Shown here: one piece after another, positions 1 to 10,252 of the stretch | Position numbering within the stretch: position 1 is the stretch's first letter | Layout: each line of letters opens with the position of its first letter | Source of the DNA: Paramecium tetraurelia | Taxonomy: Eukaryota | Direction of reading: 5' to 3' | Assembly (NCBI GenBank): GCA_000165425.1 | Contig: CT868671.1 | Location: forward strand, 625,027-689,026 | DNA: 64,000 bases | Position numbers and translations under genes: made by a program | The notes under the pieces: model-generated | Told to the model about the DNA's origin: nothing | The model's input: only the letters and a program-made list of their open reading frames with translations | Database searches by the model: none

Positions 1-2685
1 GTTCTTGTCTCAGTACATTTGGTCTACTACTCATCAAAAACAATTCCATTATTGTGTTATGTACTTTTGAAATTAATGGTGGTACCAATTAATGAACAGT
101 CTAAATTTAGTTGCAGAATTCATCCATGTTTTAATATCCAAAAAAGTTATATGAATTATCTGAGCGAGATAAGATTTCTCCTCTGCATTTGTATTTTGAA
201 AATCTAGAGAGATTAATCTTTAGATAACTGACATTTTGAGATTGATGAGATAGTATTGGAATTTCGAAAAACTTTATTTCTTTGGATCTAAGACTCTAAA
301 ATTTAAGAATATGTTGTTTTTACATTTTTATATTGGTAAAATGAAAAGTAATCACAACGTATCTCTAAGTAATACAACATTAATAATAATGTTGATGTTC
401 TACATTGAGATTAATTATAGAACTGCAACAAACCACCTTACAATTTATCAAGGATTTTATTTTATTCAATATACAATTATTAAACTTCTTCGTAATTCAA
501 CTTATTGCTGCTTAGTTTTATTAAATAATTCTATTTCATTTATAGACAATCCATTAATTTATTAAAGAAATGGGTCCTTTAATGCTCAGTACTCCTGTAA
601 TCTCCATATTAAATAGTCTTTCTTATTTATATTTCAGTCAAATGAGATTGTGTCCTTTGTAGAGTGAGATACTTTGAATAACTGGTCATCAAATTAATAA
701 CAATACCATCGAATGGCTTCTTTTATTCTTGCAATTGCAATTTCACTTCCATTATTTATAGCCATGTCTGATAACACTCCTCTGATTTGCCAATATAACT
801 AATCAATTGAGTTATGTAAGTTAAATTGGGTTGTGTAACATAAATCTGAATATTCAAGATTAGTTTTATGTAATATCTAATATATCTATCAATTAAATCA
901 ACTGAAACAAATAAGTTTGAACAAGTATAATCTGAAAATATCCTCATTTATTTATTGTCATGATTCAATTCTAAACTCTGTTTTTTTTCACCCATAAACC
1001 CTCGGCAAAAGCAATAGAGATTATTACATAATTCAATGTGAGTCTTAACTAAAATTATACATTGCATCAAAAATTTAGATTAGTTTGCATTAAACACATT
1101 ATTAGGAGAATAAGCCTGTTACTTCTAAATATCCAACAACTCGTATAAACGTACAAATTGTAAGAAATATTTATAATTAGTCAACCTAACTGTATTTATC
1201 TATTCTAACTTCTATAACCAAATCAATCTTTCAATTTAATGAGCTTCATCGTTTATAGCCATAGATTTTGTGATAGTTTAAGAACTTCTTTTTAATATCT
1301 TTTACTTAAGTGGCATATTTTCAGCATGAAGTGTTTTCATAACGATATTCTTAAAATTATAATCCGTCAGTTGATTAAGCATTTTACATGTACATGGAAT
1401 ACTCATTAAAGTTAATGTTATGATGTCAGTTATAGAAAATTGTAATAATTTTGTAAAAGTAATCCCAAAGGTAAGTGAAAAGGCAAAATGAAAGACGTAT
1501 ATTTTATATGGCTAAACAAATGGAATATTTTATGATTAATCCTATAAATCGAACAAGAGATTCAAAAGTACAAAACAACTTATTATTTATTAGAATAACA
1601 GATTGTCGTATATCGTTTCATGATCCATTAGATACAAGACACTGAAGTATAAGACTGTGGGCACAATTCTTAAAATCTATCCAATTTTAAATGATGTTGT
1701 AACCCTTAGTCTTAAATAATTAGTGTCTTTTAATCTGTAGGATTATTGCATATACAAAGACAAGGCTTCTAAAATTATTAAAAACAATAATTGAATCAAA
1801 TTAAGCGTAAAATTTAAAGCAAATAAGACAACTTAGTAATTGGAGGAATTGAAAATTCTGTAAAATATTATTGCTATCCAATATATTTAAGGCAAAAATA
1901 GGATGTGAGTGAAATAATTGGTTAGTAAGGAAGTTCTGTATAAATACATTTCAATAAGGGAACCATTATCAGTGATCATCAACTATTTTAGTAAGAAATG
2001 CTCTATAAAATCATTATCATTATAGGTGCTATTTAACAAGTTAAGGGATTCTATTGAATATCATAAAATATATATACAAAAACTATTCCCATCGGTCTTA
2101 CAAAACTGCTTTTTGTTTTGAAATTTAATCTCTTTAAAATGAATGTATTCCAATCTTACAGCAATTACATTAATCAACAACATTAAAAAGAGTAAAGCCA
2201 AAAAAATCAACTGAAAATATATTATTTGCTCCAATGATAGATATTATAGAATTAAAATTGTTGGCATTGATATTCTACTTATTAATTCCATCTTGTCTTA
2301 AGTGTAGGAGGGTTCATCAAATTTCTAATCAGTACTCAACATTCGAATTATTTACTGATATAACAACACTAATGCTATCGTCTAAAACATCCTTATAAAT
2401 TCGCATAAGGCCCAGAATAGCCTATTCTCTTACTCTAAGGCTACCTATGAATGTCCTATCAAATATTACAATTAAAGTTTTTAGTATTTCAAGCTTTTCT
2501 TTATAAATTTCATAAAATTATTTATGAATTGTGTTTAATATTTGAAAAAAACCATTGAATTTTATCTAAAGCTCACTTAAGATTATGGAAAAAGACTAAA
2601 TATTATATAGGAGTAATGAATATATTAATAAATTGATTCTATGTGAAATAGGATTTCCCTATTTGAAATTTCTACGTTTAAACAT
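1..2685 (-). CDS. PAS-domain multipass membrane protein (ciliate TmcB/TmcC-like family); 3' end runs off the window
   Basis: Code-6 ORF from ATG 2685 (MFKRRNFKQGNPISHRINLLIYSLL...) with several hydrophobic segments and a 27-nt intron GTATATATATTTTATGATATTCAATAG near 2052-2078. Near position 1 it reads QTVHQLVPPLISKVHNTIMELFLMSSRPNVLRQE, a PAS-like signature. The middle was not fully traced. Confidence 0.65.
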
Positions 2686-2861
2686 TTTGAAATTTTAATT
2701 ATGTGATATACACGATTTTCAATAATAGTTCATTTTATTTTGTTAATAAATAATTAAATTTGAATGCATACTAATTGAATATAATCCACAAGAAAATATT
2801 GATGATTGCAGAATTCATTTTTTCCAATTTTACTAATTGTATTTTTATATATATATAAGAA

Positions 2862-3190
2862 ATGAAGCTTCGTTAGATTGGAGTAAATAAATAAATAAGA
2901 TTTTTATAAAGATTCTATCATAAAGGATAAAATTATTCTGTGGAAGTTGTTGAACATTCGTTTTTTTCTCTCTGTACATACAGTCAGTAGATTTGCATTG
3001 AAGGAAAGTAAAACGTAATTTAAATGTCAAAGAGGCCTTAATAAATTATTTTGTTTGATCTAAGAATAAGAGTTGCAAGGGAGGATCTCCTATTTGTGCA
3101 TATAAGTTCATTAAAATTTTTAAACTTAGAGAATGGAGCTTCAGAATGTTTGGATAAGATTAAGAAGATTTCATATCTATTAAATTAATA
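2862..3190 (+). CDS. possible small hypothetical protein (structure unresolved)
   Basis: ATG after an AT-rich leader, a TGA-free frame and intron-like GTAAA...AAAG segments. No recognisable motif and the stop is uncertain. Confidence 0.2.
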
Positions 3191-3207
3191 TTACACAAAT
3201 TTAGATT

Positions 3208-4364
3208 TCATTAGTCTATTATTCCCTAAACTATTTTATATGTTATTTCTTGTACATCCTTTGGTGGGACTGGATCTTTCTATTTACCTAATGATTTTGA
3301 GCTCTATTCATTTTTCAACTGTTCATTTTAGGAGGAAGCCAATTTGGATAGGTATTCTTATCGATCACAATTGTAGTAATATGAAATTAATTATGGGATA
3401 TTTAAATTTCTGTTATCTATCCAAAGAAATTAATTTAAATTAGACCTGAAATATTTGCGTTAGTAAGCTGCATATTATCGCGATTTTATGTAAAATTATA
3501 ATATGAACTTTACAACATATTCTCTCTTTTGTTGTTCTGCTCTCTTATTGGATATATACCTTCCTTCAAAGATACTTTAAAAACATTTTAATAAATTAAA
3601 AAATTCATCATACCCAATTGGTGTAGTTGCACGAAACTCTTGTTAACCTAACATTTAATAAATTTATAAAATTCTTCTAATGCTCCTTATCGAATCATTT
3701 CATCACACCTGATACAACAATAAAGATTACCTTGTATAGATCTTTTTTGAGATATTTTCTTAAGGTTCATTCAAAAAAATCCCTCTGACATCAAACTAAT
3801 CGCAGAGTCTGGGATCTTCCTCATTGAATGGAGTTGTTATAGATTCTCCATTTGTTAATAAAGCAAATCGCAAAGCCTTTTAAATTCTATATCTGTCTGA
3901 GATACTGATTGAGTTATCATAGTTTTTGAAATATTATTTCAATAGAGCTTATGGATCTCCGCAGTTTTATAATAATTTTTATGCTTCTAAATCGGCAGCT
4001 TTAATTTGCTCTTCCTGAAATTACTCCTTCCTTGAGTTGAGTAAATAATTCAGAAAGAAACAACATCCCCCTTCTAAAATGTAACTATCCCTTTATTTCA
4101 ATAATTTCAAAACATCCTTCTTAAAATGATAACTTGCGATATTCTATTTCAATCCATCATATTTTCCAATGAGTTCATAGTTTTTAATGTTTTAGGCCAA
4201 TTACTTGAGATGGGCCAATTCTTATAAATCTACAATCATATTAGAGTTCATACTTACAGTGAATCTACCGGTATTACTTTTGATTTTAACTATTCACTTA
4301 ATATGGAAACCACTTATGATTTACCTGATCCTGTTATTCCTGAAACGACAAGCAATTTTTTCAT
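3208..4364 (-). CDS. tRNA dimethylallyl(isopentenyl)transferase, MiaA/Mod5 family
   Basis: MKKLLVVSGITGSGKS (P-loop), VDSLQ|IYK across a 24-nt intron, ILEGGCCFFL (cf. VGGTGFY) and KSRQYAAYQRKYFR (cf. TRQYAKRQxTWFR). TGA at 3208-3210. Confidence 0.9.
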
Positions 4365-4412
4365 AATAAAAAATATTTTTAATACGTTCAAAATACCATA
4401 TATTTCAATAAC

Positions 4413-5730
4413 TCATTATTAAGGTTGTTGTTGTTATTCCAAATACTTACGAATCTGTCTCTCTACCAATTCCTAATTTTTCATAAGGAATTTCATGTTT
4501 TTAGGATCTTCATTGCGCATTTCATCATCATTTTACATCAATTCCAAATATGAGTTTTATTGTAAGAATAGATTTTCCAAAAACAAGCTTGGATTCTTTT
4601 GATATGAATAATAGGCATCTCTTTTTAATTTGTGGCTCTTGCTTTACTCAATGAATTTTTGAATCTGCTTTTCAAATCCCTTAATTTTCTAGTTTAATTG
4701 AATGAAGGGATGTTCTGCTCTTTATTGCTTCTTCTCTGAATTATCTTCTGTCACTACCTTTTAAGCCAAGAATGGCATTAATTCTGGCTAATAACTCATT
4801 TCCTGTTCAACCACAACATCAAACCCAATATAATTACTAACTCCTAAATGGTGTTTTATGACAATAGGTTCCGGATTCTCAATAAACATTTTAAGGAGCA
4901 TATTCAGATTTGATAAGGGTATACGTTCCTACCCAAATAATTATTTCAATTATTCATCAGCTATTATGTAATCTTTACTCTCTTTATCAGTTAAATTGTT
5001 GAGCTAAGGTATATAATTGAATAGAGTACTTTCACATATTCCCAAAAGCAATACAAGATCTAGGATCGTGTGCCTTCTTTAATTCCGAGCAATTGTTGAA
5101 GTGTCTTGTGCAATTTGTACTTCTAAGGGTAGGTTTGAAGACTTATTGAAATAATCACATCACATGCTGGTCCTTTTCTTTTGATGTGAAATCCACTTGT
5201 TTCCTGTTGTTATTGTGATTATGATTGTGACTATTACTGTTATTATTGCTATTGCAGATGATTTCTACTCCATTGGATGACATTTTAAGAGGGGTAATAG
5301 GTTTTATCGAATTGGACTTCAAGTTATCTGATAAAATAAGAGAAAGGTTTCTTGTCTTCTGACAACACTTATCCTTTGATGAAAAGATTCCATTCGTCGC
5401 AAACCAGTTCAGAGTAGACAATAATTCTGAGGGTCTTTTTAAGATATTATCCTGGTTAGATAAAAGATTCCTGTAAATCAACTCGCTTGTTTTTAATCAT
5501 TTGATCTATGCGATTCTCGTATCTTTGAATATGTGGTATGATGCTTACTTCACCAAGTTGTTCAATATTTAAATTTATGGACACAATTGAATTGTTTCAT
5601 CATCAAATTAAATACTGGATTTATCGTAAAGTTATTTGAGTTGGGTTTTAACATCTGGCTATCTGATGGGCTGTTTTTGCTATGAGGGCTGCTGTGCACT
5701 TTATTATTATTATTATTATTGAGATGCCAT
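4413..5730 (-). CDS. SWI/SNF subunit BAF60/SMARCD/Swp73 homolog (SWIB/MDM2 domain)
   Basis: LVKYENRIDQMIKNKRVDLQESF...KKTLRIIVY...WNLFIKG...KPFSYFIRQLEVQFDK, then the SWIB segment KYKLHKTLQQLLGIKEGTRSQILYCFWEYVK and a C-terminal coiled coil. Poly-Gln tracts are encoded by TAA/TAG/CAA. Confidence 0.9.
5701..5721 (-). repeat. CAA(TAA)6 trinucleotide tract encoding N-terminal poly-Gln
   Basis: ATG GCA TCT CAA TAA TAA TAA TAA TAA TAA AGT lies in frame at the start of the BAF60-like gene. Confidence 0.85.
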
Positions 5731-5869
5731 GTAATAATAAATATATATTTTTATATATATATAATAATAATAATAAAGCTCGTGTTGTGTGCAACGAATA
5801 TAAAGAATATAATTGACATAGATATAATAATTGTGGATTATTGATTATATAAATTAATTTAAATTTAAA

Positions 5870-6326
5870 ATGGCCTGTCCTGAACATAAAGCCAATAACT
5901 TTATTAAGTTCATATCGGTGTTGGTAGCAGTGGTGTTAATAGTTTTGGGGGTGTTGAAATTTTACTTCACTCCAGACATTCCTATTTTGGTGGGGATTTG
6001 GACAGTGTATTGGATGTAAGAAAGTTGAATGAAAAGTTTAGTATTTTTGGGTTATTGTTGATACTTGTTGAATTGAACGTAAAATTGGTAAAGGAATACT
6101 TTGGATTTATGATTGAATACTGCGGAAAGGGCATGTTTGTGATATTGTAAGAGCAGAGAATAATTTTAGCTGTGGAACCCTAATGATAGATAGCTTTGTG
6201 GATCCACACATAGTGCATGAATCCATTGTAGGATTATTGATCATATTCGCTGGGTTTCTAATAATCATAGTGGGATATTCTGCAATGCCTAGTTAAAACT
6301 TCCCCCCTCCTCCAGTTCCAGTTTGA
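5870..6326 (+). CDS. COPI-associated / TVP15-like small Golgi membrane protein
   Basis: Four hydrophobic helices with the motif YWIIFGLLLILVEL...KEYFGFMIEYCGKGMFVIFCGTL. Two tiny introns (26 and 23 nt); TGA at 6324-6326. Confidence 0.8.
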
Positions 6327-6332
6327 TATAAT

Positions 6333-7764
6333 ATGAAAATTATATTCTAAATTTTGTTAGCCATTTCGTTGGCTTGGTTTTGGGTCAGTGTCGAAGACCG
6401 TGTCACAAGAGCACTAAGAATCCTCAACAGCAACACCGATAAGCCCTTGAAGAAGAAAATCCTTTTTGCATTTTCAAGCGATGAAGACATTCAAGTTTAA
6501 GCGATAACTCTGTTAAGAGAGTTAGGATGCAGCAAAGAGGATAGAAATTAGAAGAATATCTGCAGTAGCATATTATTTCACTTCGAAAATGGATTGGGAT
6601 CCGAATTGCATGTTACTGAGGGTTTTGACAATATCGTGTAAATTTCTAAGAGAATTTCTACATCCAAGGATTTGGGCGGGAATGCAGCTCAAATGGCTCT
6701 CAGAGCATTCAAAGTAAAATTATGATTAAAAATATGCAAGGAAGGTGGAGATGTCTATTTGTCTGCAATAATGTCCAATCATTATTATGAGAATTTGTTC
6801 AATTCATCAATATCAATCATCCCCTAGAGTTTTTTGAGGGAGGAAATAAGGGATGTGCATATTGTGATCAATTTCGATGAAGGGGATATCTATGATACCA
6901 TAATATGTCAACATACAAATAGGTTGTATTTGTAGAATGATTAAGACAATATGAGGTTCCCTGGTTTGGAAAATTTGGAAGCAAACATCAATTCAATACA
7001 CCCCGACTTATTGGTGATTGGGGGATTTCAATTGATGAATCAGAAACCAAAAAAGGAATATTAAGAAATCATTTTAAAATTAGAATAGATCTTGATTGGA
7101 TAGAAAAACAAATTGAAGATTCACTTTGAAATGGGGGCTTTTAATGATGAAAATCTATTACTTTACTTAATTGAACACATATTCCCACATGTGCATTCAA
7201 CAGGAATGAATGAACAAGAGCTTTAATTATTATACAATTTCATAACAAAAAAGTAATTGGAATAACAATAAATTAATACCAACTAATAATTAGAATTAAT
7301 TATTAAGCTATTTTAAGAATTGAATTTAGAAAGGTATGAAATATTTAAAAAATTATCAGGGTTCATTTTCATTCCTAAACTATTCAAATGATTTGTTCGA
7401 ATCAAAATTGGAGAGAAATTAAGCCTGCATTACATCGATCTATTCTAGTTGGATTAATTCAAGCGATGAAATCCTACAATGACAATTAAATTGACTAAAA
7501 ATATTTAAACGTGACTCATCTTTAAGTATTTTTTTTTTATTCTCTTAGATGGCCTTAGAAGAAGAAGACTTGATTCTATATCCAAGTAACACCGTCTTGA
7601 ATCAAGATTATTTAATTGAGGAAATGAACTTCTGTTGGCATTTATAAGATCAACTTTAACATCAATGTTGCCTTGCTCCTGTTTTAATCAACCCACACCC
7701 AATGAGAACTTGTGGATTAGGTGATAATATAGGAAGCACGTCCTTATTGTATTAATTAAAATGA
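6333..7764 (+). CDS. ADPGK: ADP-dependent glucokinase (ribokinase superfamily) with N-terminal signal/anchor
   Basis: Motifs in the expected order: LGGNAAQMA, DVHIVINFDEG, PDLLVIGGFQLM, IHFEMG, STGMNEQEL, RVHFHS, CLAPVL...RTCGLGDNIGS (catalytic Asp kept). Hydrophobic N-terminus MKIIFQILLAISLAWFWVSV. Confidence 0.88.
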
Positions 7765-7780
7765 AAAGTTATATAAATAT

Positions 7781-8143
7781 TCAATCAGTTTAAATCACAT
7801 TAAATTCACCTTCTTCATATTATAAAGGATAATTAAAATTGCTTTCTTCCACATACTGAAAGATATCAGATTTTCTATTATGAAGATTCTATGTATGAAC
7901 ACCATCTCTTCTGGATTTGGACTGTTTTTGGATAGATTTGTTAATCGGGTTCAATCGCATGTGAGAAATTTTAGATATAACATCTTCTTCAGAATTGCAA
8001 GTAATTTTATTTTTTTTAATTGATTGATGACTATTATATTAGTGCTCTTGTTATATGAAGGATGATTCCTCATTTTATGGGTCACCTTCTGCCATTGACT
8101 CTAACAAGCCTTAATCACCTTCTTTCGAAATTTAATTGTTCAT
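7781..8143 (-). CDS. hypothetical protein (~120 aa)
   Basis: Intronless code-6 ORF MNNQISKEGDQGLLESM...EEGEFNVIQTD*, flanked by AT-rich spacers. Confidence 0.65.
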
Positions 8144-8588
8144 TTGTAGAAAGATAAATATTTAAATTAAATATATATCATAGTAATGATACTACTTTAA
8201 AATACATAATTATTTGACCAAATGCATCCGTTTTCATGGCAATCATAATTCTATCATCAATATATTATAAAATATAAAAAAATTAAAATGCAATATATAA
8301 ATTAAGTTCTTATTTCTTAAATTAGAAGCACAATTGTTTTTTAAGAAGTTCAAAATTTATGATCAACCCTTGAATTAGTGTAAGGAAAGCAATTACTAAC
8401 AATTTGTTTGGTTATAAATCAATCCTAGGGTACCCACTCAAAAGAATAAGTTATTCTGTGTATTGGAGTACTACTGATTTTAATTCAAGTAAATGAGCAT
8501 TATTTTGAATAATCAGAAATGTTAATGTTTGTTTCTGTCATGGAATTTTGAATATTTTAATATATATATATATTTTGATATTGCTTAA

Positions 8589-8940
8589 TCAAGGGGTAAT
8601 AGAACATCCTAAGTGTAAGCCAATCTGCCTGATATCCACCTCCACCGAGTCATCTTAATTTTGATAATATATAAATAAATTACCTAAAATTAATATATTA
8701 GATATACCTTTAGCCTCCTCTAATAAGGAAAATAGTGATAAATCGTATTGGTTAGCAATCCTCAATCCTGACATAGTGGAGGACAGTCTAATAATTTGAT
8801 TTATTTGATTGAGCACACTAAAACATGTGATATTAAACATACATTCTCATTTGAATTTTCTGTTGTTAGCTTGAGAATTTGAAAGTGGATTTTGCAATAG
8901 GAGCTACAAAGGCTCTTGTGATAGCAAAGAAACCTCTCAT
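8589..8940 (-). CDS. small protein with probable mitochondrial presequence
   Basis: MRGFFAITRAFVAPIAKSTFKFSS is basic and hydroxylated with no acidic residues. One clear 25-nt intron plus intron-like segments at 8654-8707; TGA at 8589-8591. Confidence 0.65.
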
Positions 8941-8988
8941 CACAAATAAAATTTATTAATATTATTGATAAATTGTTAATAATATTTT

Positions 8989-10206
8989 TCATTATCTTCT
9001 AATTCCTCCTCTCTCCAAAGCTGATTCTGCTTATGATAACAACATCAACTCATTATCCCATCCATCATTGAGTTGCTTATTCTATCCCTATCTAGCCAAA
9101 TAAATGTTGAAAAATACCTAGCTGCCCATCCAGCATTCACATTATCAAGATTGGCCTAAGCAGTATCCAAATTAGATTATGCATCCTTTAAGAGTCCTGA
9201 TTTGGTTGCAATTTCCCCGTCTTTGGTTTCAATGTCTCCTTTCAATTGTGGAATGATTTCATTATTCAAAAGATTGATATTCTCTTCCAAAGAAGCCAAC
9301 AATCCATCATTGGTGTCCTTCTCCAATTGAGCATTCATTTACAAAGCCTATTTTGAAGCCACTAAGTCTTCCCTCAAACTGTTAAGTAACTTAATTGCAT
9401 TTCCAGCTTATTCCTAATCAGCAAAACTAAAGAAGTTATTAATAATTCATACCCGGAGGTGCCCATTTAAATTAAGACCTTGGATAAAGGTTCGAAAAGA
9501 TGAGGAAGATGAGACACTTCACCCAATCTTCTTGAGAATGTGGCAGCAGAAACGGCCAGATCCTCTTTGTTTATTTCAATAAAGGAGGACTCTAGATGAA
9601 TGATTAAATGGAATTACATTTGACAAGTTGTAACTTTGCGATGACTTGATCAACAATTGATATAGATGAGTCGTATTCTGCTGTCTTTTTTGATGTTGCC
9701 TAATCGTTATTCTACACAGTTCTTTGCAATTAAGCCTGATTTTTTTGAGAATCAGTCAATTATTGACTTTTATCATATAAACTTTATTATAAACTGTTTC
9801 TGTCCTTTTGGAATGTCGTAATGTCACTCTGATGTTATGCAACCTTGGATCAATTAGTAATGTCATACTTCTGTTTTGTATTCTGTGACTTGATTTGAAT
9901 AGAACTCTGAATCACTCAAGAATTACTAAAAGTAAGAATCTAATTATTCAGCTTCGTCTTATTTTGCTTATTGTGTTGATGCAACAATGTCATCTATTGC
10001 TGTAAATAATGGACTAAAATCCACCTCTGTAAATTATTGCAATGATATCATGTTTAATATGGTGTTGCCTAATTTACTTTTTGTCAGTTATCCGAGCTAC
10101 TCGTCAAACATACTTGCCTAGCTTGATCATATTTTTGACATCATTACTTTGTAATTTAGGTGCAATACACTATTGCCACTATACATAAAAGTGCATAAAC
10201 TCTCAT
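8989..10206 (-). CDS. trichocyst matrix protein / granule lattice protein-like secretory precursor
   Basis: Signal peptide MRVYALLCIVAIVYC, pro-region SKLGNTILNMISLQ, and two acidic coiled-coil halves separated by SSFIE...FADQEQAGNAIKLLNSLREDL. Five tiny introns. Confidence 0.75.
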
Positions 10207-10252
10207 TAAAACGGATATTATTAATATTATAATAAATATATAGATTATTTTA

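Noticed and set aside
5155..5481. 108-aa ORF-track protein with NSNNNSNSHNHNH
   Set aside because: It is an out-of-frame reading of the BAF60-like gene; the real frame encodes poly-Gln via TAA/TAG/CAA.
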